Origin: a virus | Taxonomy: Duplodnaviria; Caudoviricetes | IMG/VR virus record: IMGVR_UViG_3300035145_001735 | Span: 1 to 59,973 of that record | DNA: 59,973 nucleotides | Reading direction: 5' to 3' (one strand) | Shown: positions 15,712 through 25,487 of the stretch, piece by piece | Layout: each line of letters begins with the position of its first letter | Position numbering within the stretch: the first letter of the stretch is position 1 | Position numbers and translations under genes: made by a program | Notes under the pieces: generated by a model | Databases searched by the model: none | Seen by the model: only the letters and a program-made list of their open reading frames with translations | What the model was told of the DNA's origin: nothing

Positions 15712-18404
15712 TGTACGTAGACGCACATTTTGATAGAGACAAAGATATTATATACGTAGCAGAGCGTGTCAACGGTCGCAGAGAATATCGTGAGTATCCT
15801 GCACGTTACACGTTTTACTACAAAGATCAGCGTGGCAAATACGAAAGTATTTTTGGCGATAAGTTAGAACGCTTTACAACTACAAATGGTAAAGCATTCA
15901 AAAAAGAAAAGAAACTATACAGCGGGCAACGTCTTTTTGAAAGTGACATTAATCCTGTATTTAGATGTTTAGCAGATAATTATTTAAATATCGATCCACC
16001 GGAACTACAAACTGCATTTTTCGATATTGAGGTTGACTTTGATAAAGATGTAGGCTTTGCTCCGCCTGAGGATCCGTTTAACCCTGTTACAGCAATTGCT
16101 GTGCACTTAAACTGGATTGGTAGGACTATATGTCTAGTTATCAAACCCGATACACTTACACGTGAAACTGCAAAAGAAATTTGCGATAAGTTTGACGATA
16201 CACTGCTAATGGATAATGAACGTGAATTGTTACAAACGTTCTTAGATCTTATTGAAGATGCAGATGTACTAAGTGGCTGGAACAGCGAAGGCTTTGATAT
16301 TCCATACATGGTTAATCGAATAGCAAGAGTTCTTGGTAAAGAGCATACTAAACGTTTTTGTTTATGGAACAAATATCCTAAACGCAGAGAATATGAAAAG
16401 TTTGGAAAAACACAAGAAACATTTGACACCATTGGACGTTTGCACTTAGACTATATGGAACTGTATCGCAAGTATACATATCACGAAATGCATTCATATA
16501 GTTTGGATGCTATCGGTGAATATGAACTCGACGAGCGTAAAGTTGCGTATCAAGGTACACTAGATCAGTTGTACAACAATGACTTCTATACGTTTATTGA
16601 CTATAACAGACAAGACGTTGAACTACTTGTTAAGTTAGACAAAAAGTTACAATTTATTGACCTTGCAAACGTTATTGCACATGACAACACAGTGCTTGTA
16701 CCTACTACAATGGGTGCTGTTGCTGTTACAGACCAAGCAATTGTTAACGAAGCACACAGACGTGGATATATTGTTCCTGACAAAGAACACGATCGTATAC
16801 AACAGCATTATCCAAAACAAGTTCCAGCGGCTGGTGCTTATGTTGCTACACCTAAACAAGGATACCACGAATGGATTGGTAGCATGGACTTAAACAGTCT
16901 GTATCCAAGTATCTTACGCAGTACTAATTTAAGTACCGAAACTATTGTTGGTCAGATTAGACATACATTAACTGTACCAATGTTAGATGAACACAAATGG
17001 GAACCTGCAAAAGCATGGGAAGGCAAATTTGCGTGTCCAGAATACGAACTTGTTATGAGTAAAGATCAAGATGTCTTGATGTACATTGACTTTGAAAATG
17101 GCGAAGAACTTCCAGCAACGGGTGCAGAAATATACAACATTGTGTTTGAAAGTGGACAACCTTGGGTATTAACAAGTAATGGTACAATTGTTGATCAAAC
17201 AAAAAAAGGTATTATTCCAGGTTTACTAGAACGTTGGTATAGTGAACGCAAGGTTCTACAAAAAAACGCCAAAGAACAAAAAGGCGTCGATGACGAAAAG
17301 TTTGCGTTTTGGGATAAAAGACAACTTGTTAAAAAGATTAACTTGAACAGTTTGTATGGTGCTGTACTCAATCCAGGTTCACGCTTCTTTGACAACCGCA
17401 TGGGACAAAGTACAACACTAACTGGACGTTGTATTGCTAGACATATGGGTGCCAAAGTAAATGAACTATTTACAGGTGAATACAATCATGTGGGTCCAGC
17501 AATTATATATGGTGATACAGACTCTGTGTACTTTAGTGCTTATCCTGTATTTAAAGAACAAATCGAAGCAGGTGAAATTGATTGGACTAAAGAAAACGTT
17601 ACTGCAATCTATGACGAAGTTTGTGAACAAGCAAATGTAACATTTCCAAGTTATATGGCAAGTGCACATAATGTACTTAATCCAGAGCAAGGCGAAATTA
17701 TTGCAGCAGGTCGTGAAGTTTGCGCAAGAGCAGGTATTTTCATTAAGAAGAAACGCTATGCAATTCTTGTGTATGACAATGAAGGATTTAGAGAAGATCA
17801 AAATGGCAAGCCAGGTAAAATTAAAGCAATGGGCTTAGATCTTAAACGTAGTGATACTCCTGCATTTATGCAAGACTTCTTGAATGAACTATTGTTAAAA
17901 ACACTAACAGGTACAGACAGTAACGAACTTATCGAACGTATTATTGAGTTTAGACAAGAGTTTAGAAACAAAGATCCTTGGGAGATTGGTACACCTAAAC
18001 GTGTTAACAAACTAACATACTATACAGGGCTGGAATGGGAAAAGACTCGTGACGGACAAGAAATGTACAAAGGCAAAGCAAACATGCCTGGACATGTCCG
18101 TGCAGCAATTAACTATAACAGAATGCGCAGACTAAATGGCGACAAGTATAGTATGGAAATTATGGACGGTATGAAAACTATTGTCTGTAAATTAAAAAGT
18201 AATCCGATGGGATTTACTAGTATTGGATATCCAACAGATGAAGCCAGAATTCCAGACTGGTTTAAAGAACTTCCGTTTGATACAGATGAAATGGAAGAAG
18301 TTATTATCACCAAAAAGATCGAAAACTTGTTAGGAGTTTTGGATATCGATTTAACTAAAGCAGAGGACAAAACAACATTTGAAAGTTTGTTTGATTTTGG
18401 ATGA
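15711..18404 (+). CDS. polB: family B DNA polymerase
   Basis: Exo motifs FFDIEV, GWNSEGFDIPY and YNRQD; pol motifs DLNSLYPS, KINLNSLYG, YGDTDS and KKRYA; no intein visible. Confidence 0.97.
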   Translation: MYVDAHFDRDKDIIYVAERVNGRREYREYPARYTFYYKDQRGKYESIFGDKLERFTTTNGKAFKKEKKLYSGQRLFESDINPVFRCLADNYLNIDPPELQTAFFDIEVDFDKDVGFAPPEDPFNPVTAIAVHLNWIGRTICLVIKPDTLTRETAKEICDKFDDTLLMDNERELLQTFLDLIEDADVLSGWNSEGFDIPYMVNRIARVLGKEHTKRFCLWNKYPKRREYEKFGKTQETFDTIGRLHLDYMELYRKYTYHEMHSYSLDAIGEYELDERKVAYQGTLDQLYNNDFYTFIDYNRQDVELLVKLDKKLQFIDLANVIAHDNTVLVPTTMGAVAVTDQAIVNEAHRRGYIVPDKEHDRIQQHYPKQVPAAGAYVATPKQGYHEWIGSMDLNSLYPSILRSTNLSTETIVGQIRHTLTVPMLDEHKWEPAKAWEGKFACPEYELVMSKDQDVLMYIDFENGEELPATGAEIYNIVFESGQPWVLTSNGTIVDQTKKGIIPGLLERWYSERKVLQKNAKEQKGVDDEKFAFWDKRQLVKKINLNSLYGAVLNPGSRFFDNRMGQSTTLTGRCIARHMGAKVNELFTGEYNHVGPAIIYGDTDSVYFSAYPVFKEQIEAGEIDWTKENVTAIYDEVCEQANVTFPSYMASAHNVLNPEQGEIIAAGREVCARAGIFIKKKRYAILVYDNEGFREDQNGKPGKIKAMGLDLKRSDTPAFMQDFLNELLLKTLTGTDSNELIERIIEFRQEFRNKDPWEIGTPKRVNKLTYYTGLEWEKTRDGQEMYKGKANMPGHVRAAINYNRMRRLNGDKYSMEIMDGMKTIVCKLKSNPMGFTSIGYPTDEARIPDWFKELPFDTDEMEEVIITKKIENLLGVLDIDLTKAEDKTTFESLFDFG

Positions 18405-18793
18405 ATAGTATAGCAACATATAACGATACACACAAAACTTGTCGTAAATGTAATTTACATTTGCCAATGAATGCATTTTCTAATGCGAGCGGCGGCAAGT
18501 ATAAAAGATCTGAATGCAGAACTTGTGAAAAAGAACTTAACCGTATAAGACGGTATCTTAAAGAAACTGCACCAGTTGTACCAAAAAACCATGTATGTCC
18601 TATTTGTAATAGAACAGAAGAACAAGTAAAAGATATTGGTGGTAAAAAATCAGGAGCATGGTGTTTAGATCATAATCACAAAACGCATAAATTTAGAGGC
18701 TGGTTATGTCATCAATGTAATCGTGCACTAGGTGCACTTGGTGATGATGTAGACAAGTTAAAACGAGCTATCAGATATTTAAATGAAACGTAA
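18401..18793 (+). CDS. endonuclease VII-type His-Me nuclease with N-terminal Zn ribbon
   Basis: CRKC...CRTC; CPIC...LDHNH..FRGWLCHQCNRALG. Confidence 0.85.
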   Translation: MNSIATYNDTHKTCRKCNLHLPMNAFSNASGGKYKRSECRTCEKELNRIRRYLKETAPVVPKNHVCPICNRTEEQVKDIGGKKSGAWCLDHNHKTHKFRGWLCHQCNRALGALGDDVDKLKRAIRYLNET

Positions 18794-19025
18794 GTTAGAT
18801 TTACATGGTCATCACATACATGTTGCATGGAAAATGGTTGACAGGTTCTTGCAAGAGTGTTATTATGATAACTATAAATCTTGTGAAATTATTTGTGGAC
18901 AAGGAATGATACGTAACGAAATTGAAACGTGGCTCCACCTAAATAGATTTGTACGAAACTACAAATTTAATACTCGCACACAAGGCAGTTATAACGTACA
19001 GTTAATAAAAAGGAAAAACACATGA
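18783..19025 (+). CDS. Smr/MutS2 C-terminal-like domain protein
   Basis: KLDLHG and EIICGQG motifs, 80 aa. Confidence 0.75.
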   Translation: MKRKLDLHGHHIHVAWKMVDRFLQECYYDNYKSCEIICGQGMIRNEIETWLHLNRFVRNYKFNTRTQGSYNVQLIKRKNT

Positions 19026-19747
19026 GAGATTATCTACTCGATATTGTAAAGCATACACGTGGTGTAGGCGATATTGAAGCAGTTAAAGTAACAGACGGTA
19101 GTACCGTCGAAGCAAAAGATGACAACAACAAAGTTGTTGTTAAAGCAACATACAAGCAGGCTATTCCCGGGCTTGAAAGCAATACATTCGGACTACCAAA
19201 CTTGAGTAAACTAAATGTTATTCTTAATATTCCAGAGTATAAAGAAAACGCAGATATCAATGTAAACACACGTGAACGCAATGGAGAGGTTGAGCCTTTT
19301 AGTTTAGACTTTAAAAACTCTTCGGGTGATTTTAAAAACACATTCCGCTTTATGCAAAAAGAACTAATGGAAGAAAAACTTGCAAGTGTTCGATTTAAAG
19401 GTGCTAACTGGAATGTCGAAGTACAACCACATAGTGCAAGTGTTGCACGTTTTAAAATGCAAGCACAAGCAAACAGTGAAGAAATTGTTTTTGTTGCTAA
19501 AACTGAAGACAATGATTTAAAATTTTACTTTGGTGACGGTAGTGGACATACCGGTGACTTTACATTCCAAACAGATATTAATGGAAGTTTAAAATCTCCA
19601 TGGAGTTATCCTGTTGCTGAAGTAATGAGTGTGCTATCACTCGACGGCGATATTACAATGAAGTTTAGTGATATGGGTGCACTACAGATTGATGTAGACA
19701 ACGGCATGGCTGTATACGAGTATATTTTTCCTGCACAAAGTAAGTAA
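19022..19747 (+). CDS. sliding clamp (gp45/PCNA-like)
   Basis: 241 aa, beta-rich, near PolB; C-terminal GALQIDVD....YEYIFPA typical of clamps. Confidence 0.6.
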   Translation: MRDYLLDIVKHTRGVGDIEAVKVTDGSTVEAKDDNNKVVVKATYKQAIPGLESNTFGLPNLSKLNVILNIPEYKENADINVNTRERNGEVEPFSLDFKNSSGDFKNTFRFMQKELMEEKLASVRFKGANWNVEVQPHSASVARFKMQAQANSEEIVFVAKTEDNDLKFYFGDGSGHTGDFTFQTDINGSLKSPWSYPVAEVMSVLSLDGDITMKFSDMGALQIDVDNGMAVYEYIFPAQSK

Positions 19748-19750
19748 TAC

Positions 19751-21208
19751 ATGGAACAAGATAACCTAACAAATAAACAACACGACTATGCTGTATTCTT
19801 ACCTAGTATTAGTACATTCTATGCTACATTTATAGGTAAACAGCGTTACGAAGATTATGTTGATCCTGCTAGAGTGCCAGCAGGGTTAGGTGATGTTGAA
19901 TCATTAAACTTTTTAAACACCAACAAGGGAGCCTTTCATTATAAATGGGCTCTCTACAGTGCCGGACATGCTAATCTAGATGTTAATAAAGAATCTAAAA
20001 AAGAAGATATGATTCGAAAACGTGACAGAGAAAACAGTTGGTTGCTTGGTGACTCAGGTGGATTCCAAATTGCTAAAGGATTATGGCCAGGCAACTGGAC
20101 TGATCCGAATTGTCCAGAAGCACAAAAGAAAAGAGAACTGGTTGTAAACTGGATGGAAGAATATATGGATTATGGAATGATGTTGGATATTCCAACTTGG
20201 ACATTCCAAGATCCTAAAGCGGCAGCAGCAGCAAACATTCGCAGTTATCAAGATGCTGTAGATGCTACGCACATTAATGCACGTTACTACATGGCAAACC
20301 GACGTGGTAACTTTAAAGTGCTAAATGTATTGCAAGGTAGCAATCACACTGATGCAGACAACTGGTATAACGAGTTTAAGGACTATTGTGATCCTGCAAA
20401 GTATCCAGATACACACTTTAACGGCTGGGCAATGGGCGGACAGAACATGTGTGATGTACACCTTATTTTACGCAGACTTGTACATATGATACACGATGGG
20501 TTGTTAGAAGAAGGCGTACACGATGTTATGCACTTCTTAGGCACAAGTAAACTAGAATGGGCTGTGTTGCTTACAGACATTCAACGTGCAGTGCGCAAGT
20601 ATCACAATCCAAACTTTATGATCACTTATGACTGTGCATCACCATTCCTTGCTAGTGCAAATGGACAGATTTATCATAATATACGATTAGATGATCGTGG
20701 TAAGTGGAGTTATCAGATGTCTCCGGGCGCCGATGACAAAGCACTTGCAACAGACACACGAAAGTTCCGTGAGGCAGTACTACAAGATAACATCTTAGAA
20801 TCATTTGAAGATTCACCTATTAGTAAACACTGCAATATCAATGATGTGTGTATTTACAAACCGGGTGATGTTAATAAAATTGGAAAAGAAGGCAAAACTT
20901 CGTGGGATTCATTTAGTTATGCATTACAAATGGGTCATAACGTATGGATGCACATAGAAAGTACACAACGAGCAAATAGAAGTTATGATAATGGTAATAG
21001 TCCGTACATGTTAGTTGATGAACGGTTCGAGCGTAAGTATTTTAAAGATGTAGTTGATGAAATTTTTAGTTTGCAAGATCGTGAAAAATCTATTAAACTA
21101 ATCGATGACAATGATACATTTTGGATGCAAGTTATTGGCACTAGACTAAACGTTGGAAAGAAAACAAAAAATGCACATACTAAATTTAATGAGTTGTTTG
21201 AATTATGA
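19751..21208 (+). CDS. dpdA: tRNA-guanine-transglycosylase-like protein (DpdA-type DNA deazaguanine insertase candidate)
   Basis: LGDSGGFQ catalytic motif, MLDIP, NVLQG, MHFLG, TYDCAS; linked to folE, queE and a T-fold gene. Confidence 0.75.
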   Translation: MEQDNLTNKQHDYAVFLPSISTFYATFIGKQRYEDYVDPARVPAGLGDVESLNFLNTNKGAFHYKWALYSAGHANLDVNKESKKEDMIRKRDRENSWLLGDSGGFQIAKGLWPGNWTDPNCPEAQKKRELVVNWMEEYMDYGMMLDIPTWTFQDPKAAAAANIRSYQDAVDATHINARYYMANRRGNFKVLNVLQGSNHTDADNWYNEFKDYCDPAKYPDTHFNGWAMGGQNMCDVHLILRRLVHMIHDGLLEEGVHDVMHFLGTSKLEWAVLLTDIQRAVRKYHNPNFMITYDCASPFLASANGQIYHNIRLDDRGKWSYQMSPGADDKALATDTRKFREAVLQDNILESFEDSPISKHCNINDVCIYKPGDVNKIGKEGKTSWDSFSYALQMGHNVWMHIESTQRANRSYDNGNSPYMLVDERFERKYFKDVVDEIFSLQDREKSIKLIDDNDTFWMQVIGTRLNVGKKTKNAHTKFNELFEL

Positions 21209-21708
21209 AACGTACATATGAAACTGGAACAAGTAATGTAGTGAAACTATTCACTGGTAGAGAAATTGAACACACGCCTGCATACAACATGGAAACATTA
21301 TTTGTAGTAGGACTACAAGATATTGAAACTGTAAGACAAACTGCAGCAGATGCAGGTGTTGAGCATATCTATCTTGGAGCCAATATGAGTTACTATGCAC
21401 ATGAAGATTGGGACGAAATAGTTTTAACATTACTAAAAGAAGGTTGGTGGGTTACATTAGATTTTGATATACGTGATGTAGAATATGTACTAGAATCTGG
21501 TTACACAGAATACAATAGATTTATTCCAATGATCTCGGCTAAACTTCCATATATTGATCAACTAGGTTATAATGCTTGTCTGAAAATCGACGATAAAGAT
21601 TTTGACGCAAGCAATCCTGGTGTGTGGGTACACAGAGTACACGATTTGAAAGATAAAACAGTTTTTACAGATTGGTCTAAATATACTAAAGATAAGGTGT
21701 TAAAATGA
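21205..21708 (+). CDS. hypothetical protein coupled to the DpdA-like gene
   Basis: ATGA overlap; EIEHTPA, TLFVVG and SNPGVW look conserved. Confidence 0.75.
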   Translation: MKRTYETGTSNVVKLFTGREIEHTPAYNMETLFVVGLQDIETVRQTAADAGVEHIYLGANMSYYAHEDWDEIVLTLLKEGWWVTLDFDIRDVEYVLESGYTEYNRFIPMISAKLPYIDQLGYNACLKIDDKDFDASNPGVWVHRVHDLKDKTVFTDWSKYTKDKVLK

Positions 21709-22166
21709 TAGTAGGATTTACCTGTAGTACATTTGATTTACTTCACGCAGGACATATTATGATGTTACGTGAAGCAAAAGAACATTGTGATAAGTTAATA
21801 GTTGGTCTCCAAACGGATCCAACTATTGACAGGCCGGGAGATAAGAATAAGCCGGTTCAAAGTTTAGTTGAGCGTTATGCACAACTAAGTGCAGTAGAGT
21901 ATGTAGATGAAATTATTCCATATGAAACTGAGCAAGATTTAATTGATATTCTAAATATGTATAGCATTGATATGCGAGTATTAGGCGAGGAGTATCGTGA
22001 AAAAGATTTTACAGGTAAAGAAGTTTGCCGTAAGCGTGGTATTGAACTGTACTTTAATAAAAGAGATCACAGATTCAGTACAAGTGATCTAAGGGAAAGA
22101 GTTGAAAATGCCCCGAGAAAAAACACAACTGTTAAAAAGTTTGGAAAAGAAACACAGAACACTTGA
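21705..22166 (+). CDS. cytidylyltransferase (TagD/RfaE-II-like)
   Basis: TFDLLHAGH, LIVGLQTD, ERY..L.AV.YVD, RDHRFSTS. Confidence 0.9.
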   Translation: MIVGFTCSTFDLLHAGHIMMLREAKEHCDKLIVGLQTDPTIDRPGDKNKPVQSLVERYAQLSAVEYVDEIIPYETEQDLIDILNMYSIDMRVLGEEYREKDFTGKEVCRKRGIELYFNKRDHRFSTSDLRERVENAPRKNTTVKKFGKETQNT

Positions 22167-22290
22167 CAACGAGATAAAACAGTTGTATAAACATACTAAT
22201 GCTGATATGAGTTTAAAAGAACTTAAAAAGCAGAAACTAAAACTTAAAGAACAAATTGAAACCGTTAAAAAGGAAATAACAAATGGTTAA
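22108..22290 (+). CDS. DUF465/YdcH-like coiled-coil protein
   Basis: LEKKHRTLDNEI...LKKQKLKLKEQI. Confidence 0.7.
   Translation: MPREKTQLLKSLEKKHRTLDNEIKQLYKHTNADMSLKELKKQKLKLKEQIETVKKEITNG
22163..22191 (+). promoter_or_regulatory. sigma70-type promoter (intragenic)
   Basis: TTGACA-N17-TATAAA. Confidence 0.55.
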
Positions 22291-22465
22291 GAAGATTCGT
22301 GTAATCGACGAGCCAGTTGAAGAAACAACTGAAGTTACGTTAGAGACTTTTTATGAACTTGCAAAAACAATGGATTGGAAATTGTGGGAAATGATGCAAG
22401 TCATGCAAAGACTTGAAAAGAAAATTCAAGTACTTGATCAATCAGATGATACTGATGTTGAGTAA
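22283..22465 (+). CDS. hypothetical protein (MDWKLWE motif)
   Basis: 60 aa, AAGGA SD. Confidence 0.7.
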   Translation: MVKKIRVIDEPVEETTEVTLETFYELAKTMDWKLWEMMQVMQRLEKKIQVLDQSDDTDVE

Positions 22466-22899
22466 TGCAAGAACGTTATTACGAATATATGCTAAGGCGT
22501 ATGCGTGAGGAAGATAATAAAATGAAAAAAACAAACACAAGCATTTGGGTTACATTTAGTAAAGAAGGATTACACAAATATCCTGCAGCACTAGATGATC
22601 CTAATCTTGCAACAGGTGATGAATACGATGTTAGTTTCTTAGGCTATATTCATCGTCACATGTTTCATTTTAAAGTTGAGATTGAAGTGTTCCACGACGA
22701 TCGAGACATTGAATTTATTCAGTTTAAACGCTGGCTAGAAAAACTTTATGCAGAAAAAACTCTGCAACTTGATTTTAAATCCTGCGAGATGATTTGTGAT
22801 GATCTTGCAGAAGCAATTAACAACAAATATCCTAATCGCAAAATGACAATTACTGTAAGCGAGGATAATGAAAATGGAGCAACATGCGGCTATGAATGA
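22465..22899 (+). CDS. QueD-like T-fold protein, HRH type (DpdL-like)
   Basis: EGLH...LGYIHRHMFHFKV...SCEMI...VSEDNENGA; LxxxHRHxF instead of the canonical QueD CxxxHGH. Confidence 0.7.
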   Translation: MQERYYEYMLRRMREEDNKMKKTNTSIWVTFSKEGLHKYPAALDDPNLATGDEYDVSFLGYIHRHMFHFKVEIEVFHDDRDIEFIQFKRWLEKLYAEKTLQLDFKSCEMICDDLAEAINNKYPNRKMTITVSEDNENGATCGYE

Positions 22900-23206
22900 A
22901 GTAGCAACCAATATTCGTGACGTTCGTCAAGGGCGTGTAAGTGTTAACGACATCAAATGGGATCTTATTAAGATCATCGAACCATATGATGGTATATTAG
23001 CAACCAATGATGGAAGCGAGCGTACAATACGCCGTCTTTTTAATTCATATTTAAGTGATCTTAAATATGCCGATTTAATACAACAATATGAGATTAATGG
23101 TACAGTACGTGACACTGCAATTACATATGATGTAAGTGTTAAGTTAAGTGCTGAACGCAGTCCCAAGAAACTTAAAATTCACGTAGGTGTATATAATCGT
23201 GCGTAA
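22892..23206 (+). CDS. hypothetical protein
   Basis: ORF between the T-fold gene and the glycosyltransferase; start moved to ATG 22892. Confidence 0.65.
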   Translation: MNEVATNIRDVRQGRVSVNDIKWDLIKIIEPYDGILATNDGSERTIRRLFNSYLSDLKYADLIQQYEINGTVRDTAITYDVSVKLSAERSPKKLKIHVGVYNRA

Positions 23207-24380
23207 ACTGTTCTATATGGGTTTAGAACCCTATGAAGGTAGATACACGCTGCAACTAACTGATTGGAGTAGGCGTGCATTTGAGCGACAAGGCGTTGAC
23301 TGGGTAAACGTGCCTGGTACAACTATTGACAATACAAAAGCAATTCAAGTAGGCCAAGTGCTAGATGCACATGGCCGTTCCTACTTTGCAATGTCGCAAA
23401 TGATGAACTTGGTGCAAATGATGCGTAACGGTGAAGTTACAGGTGAAGATGTAGTTTTCTTTGAAGATATGTTCCAGCCTGGCATGGAATCGTTGCCTTA
23501 CATTATGGATCAGATTCCAGCAGAGCAACGTCCTAAAGTTTGGATTCGTTGTTTGGCACAGGCTGTAGATCCAGATGACTTTGTACACGTTTGGGGTATG
23601 GGCAAATGGATGAGTTTGTATGAAGAAATGTGCAATGAATTTGTTACTGGTGTACTTGCAAGTAATGAAGAAATGGTTGCACATATGAAGATTGCAAACT
23701 GGAAAGCGCCTATCTACAACATCAGTGGTCTTGCATTTGACAAAGACGAAGTACAAGAGCGTGTCGGTGTTAAACTAAACAGTTGGGACAAACGTGACAA
23801 TCGTGTTGTGTTTGCTGCACGTTTTGATCAAGAGAAACAACCAGACTTCTTTATGGATATGATTGAAGAATGGTATGGTACACCAGGTACAAGTGATGTA
23901 GAGTTTGCTATTCTGCAAGGCGGTCCATTGCGTAGTAACAATCCAAAGTACATTGATCGTGCTAGAAAAATGGAAGAACGAGGACAACTTAAAATTTATG
24001 AGAACCTCAAAAAAGACGAGTACTATGATATTGTAAATCGCAGTAAAGTTCTGTTTAACTGTGCATTGCAAGACTGGACTAGTAATACTGTAAGTGAAGC
24101 AGACGCATTAGGATGTAATGTATTGTTTCCTGCTTACAGAAGTTTTCCAGAAGTGTTTGCAAACTGTCATGAACGCTTGTATGTGCCTTGGAGCATTGAA
24201 GATGCAATGAATAAACTAGAGCCTCTTATGGCTGCACCGCACAAAAACATTGGCAAGATTAGCGATTGGACAAGTGCTACTATCGATCGTTACATTGACA
24301 TTATGTCTGGTAATGGTGAACAATGGCGGCGTGACGATAACCGCTACAGAGATCATGTAGCATACAGAAAGTATTCATAA
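23199..24380 (+). CDS. GT-B fold glycosyltransferase (GT4-like)
   Basis: VVFAARFDQEKQP and SNTVSEADALG donor-binding motifs; probable GTG start at 23199. Confidence 0.8.
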   Translation: MRKLFYMGLEPYEGRYTLQLTDWSRRAFERQGVDWVNVPGTTIDNTKAIQVGQVLDAHGRSYFAMSQMMNLVQMMRNGEVTGEDVVFFEDMFQPGMESLPYIMDQIPAEQRPKVWIRCLAQAVDPDDFVHVWGMGKWMSLYEEMCNEFVTGVLASNEEMVAHMKIANWKAPIYNISGLAFDKDEVQERVGVKLNSWDKRDNRVVFAARFDQEKQPDFFMDMIEEWYGTPGTSDVEFAILQGGPLRSNNPKYIDRARKMEERGQLKIYENLKKDEYYDIVNRSKVLFNCALQDWTSNTVSEADALGCNVLFPAYRSFPEVFANCHERLYVPWSIEDAMNKLEPLMAAPHKNIGKISDWTSATIDRYIDIMSGNGEQWRRDDNRYRDHVAYRKYS

Positions 24381-25249
24381 TGCGAGTTTTGGTCACAGGC
24401 GCTACAGGTTATATTGGTAGCCACGTATGTAAACTATTAAAAGAGCACGGACATCATGTTACTGCTTGGGATATAAACATACACGGTGAATACAATGACA
24501 TTATGTCATACTGTGACCATTATTCAAGTTATGATATCACAAAGTTTGTATGGGGTGATTTTGATGCTGTTGTGCATTTAGCAGGACGTAGTGTAGTACC
24601 TGATAGTATACGTGAACCAACAGAGTATTATCGTGTAAATGTTATGGGTACTGCTAACTTGTTAGATCGTGTAAACACAGATCATATACTATTTGCAAGT
24701 ACAGCAAGTGCATGGGGCATGGATAGTCCCTATGCACGTAGTAAAGTAGCAGCAGAAGATGTAATAAAGGAAAAAGCCCGTGGATACACTATCTTTAGAT
24801 TTTTTAACGTATCTGGTACTGACGGTGTTAATCGTCAACTAGGAACTGCTACTCATCTTATTCGTGTTGCTGCCATGACGGCTGCTGGCAAGATTCCAAA
24901 CATTAAGATCTTTGGTACGGACTATGATACTAGGGATGGTACTTGTATTCGTGATTATATTCACGTTGTTGATTTGGCTAGTGCCATTGTTAACGCAATC
25001 CACAACGGACCTGCAAACACAGATTATGAGTGTTTGGGTTCCAACATAGGTTACAGTGTACGTGAAGTAATTGATACTATGGAACGTGTTACTGGTAAAA
25101 CCATAAACAAAATTGAATCTAAACGCAGACTTGGTGATACACCTGTTAGTTTAGTAGACACACAAAGCAGTCTAGTTGAACTTTCATATTCGCTAGAAGA
25201 TATGTGTTTGGATCAATACAATCTAGAGAAAGGAAAGAACCATGCGTGA
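24380..25249 (+). CDS. galE: UDP-glucose 4-epimerase-like NAD-dependent epimerase
   Basis: TGATGYIGSH, VVHLAG, YARSK, DGTCIRDYIHVVDLA. Confidence 0.9.
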   Translation: MRVLVTGATGYIGSHVCKLLKEHGHHVTAWDINIHGEYNDIMSYCDHYSSYDITKFVWGDFDAVVHLAGRSVVPDSIREPTEYYRVNVMGTANLLDRVNTDHILFASTASAWGMDSPYARSKVAAEDVIKEKARGYTIFRFFNVSGTDGVNRQLGTATHLIRVAAMTAAGKIPNIKIFGTDYDTRDGTCIRDYIHVVDLASAIVNAIHNGPANTDYECLGSNIGYSVREVIDTMERVTGKTINKIESKRRLGDTPVSLVDTQSSLVELSYSLEDMCLDQYNLEKGKNHA

Positions 25250-25442
25250 AATTCTATTAGAAGCACTGCGTAGTCATGCCAAAGGGCATGTGGATAAACA
25301 CAAAGCAAATGTTGAAGTTTATCTAAATAGTACTACAGGCATCGGCGAGCATCCAGACATTATTGAAGCAATGGAAATGGAAATCATGGAAATTGCAAAG
25401 TACGACGATGTTCTCGAAATGCTTGACAAATACTTTAAGTAA
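25242..25442 (+). CDS. conserved small phage protein (GIGEHPDI motif)
   Basis: 66 aa, AAGGA SD. Confidence 0.75.
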   Translation: MREILLEALRSHAKGHVDKHKANVEVYLNSTTGIGEHPDIIEAMEMEIMEIAKYDDVLEMLDKYFK

Positions 25443-25451
25443 AAGTATATT
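25423..25451 (+). promoter_or_regulatory. sigma70-type promoter for folE
   Basis: TTGACA-N17-TATATT. Confidence 0.75.
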
Positions 25452-25455
25452 ATAA

Positions 25456-25479
25456 GAGATCCACCTCACTAACTCGGAG
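25456..25479 (+). promoter_or_regulatory. candidate mini-pseudoknot cis-element in the folE leader
   Basis: GAG-ATCCAC-CTC stem-loop whose loop TCC is complementary to the SD GGA(G) at 25476-25479. Confidence 0.35.
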
Positions 25480-25487
25480 TAAAAGAA

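Noticed and set aside
19751-21208. Calling this a canonical tRNA-modifying Tgt
   Set aside because: The C-terminal CxCxxC Zn motif of bacterial Tgt is not evident, no queA or queF is in the window, and the gene sits in the replication block; a DNA target is more likely but unproven.
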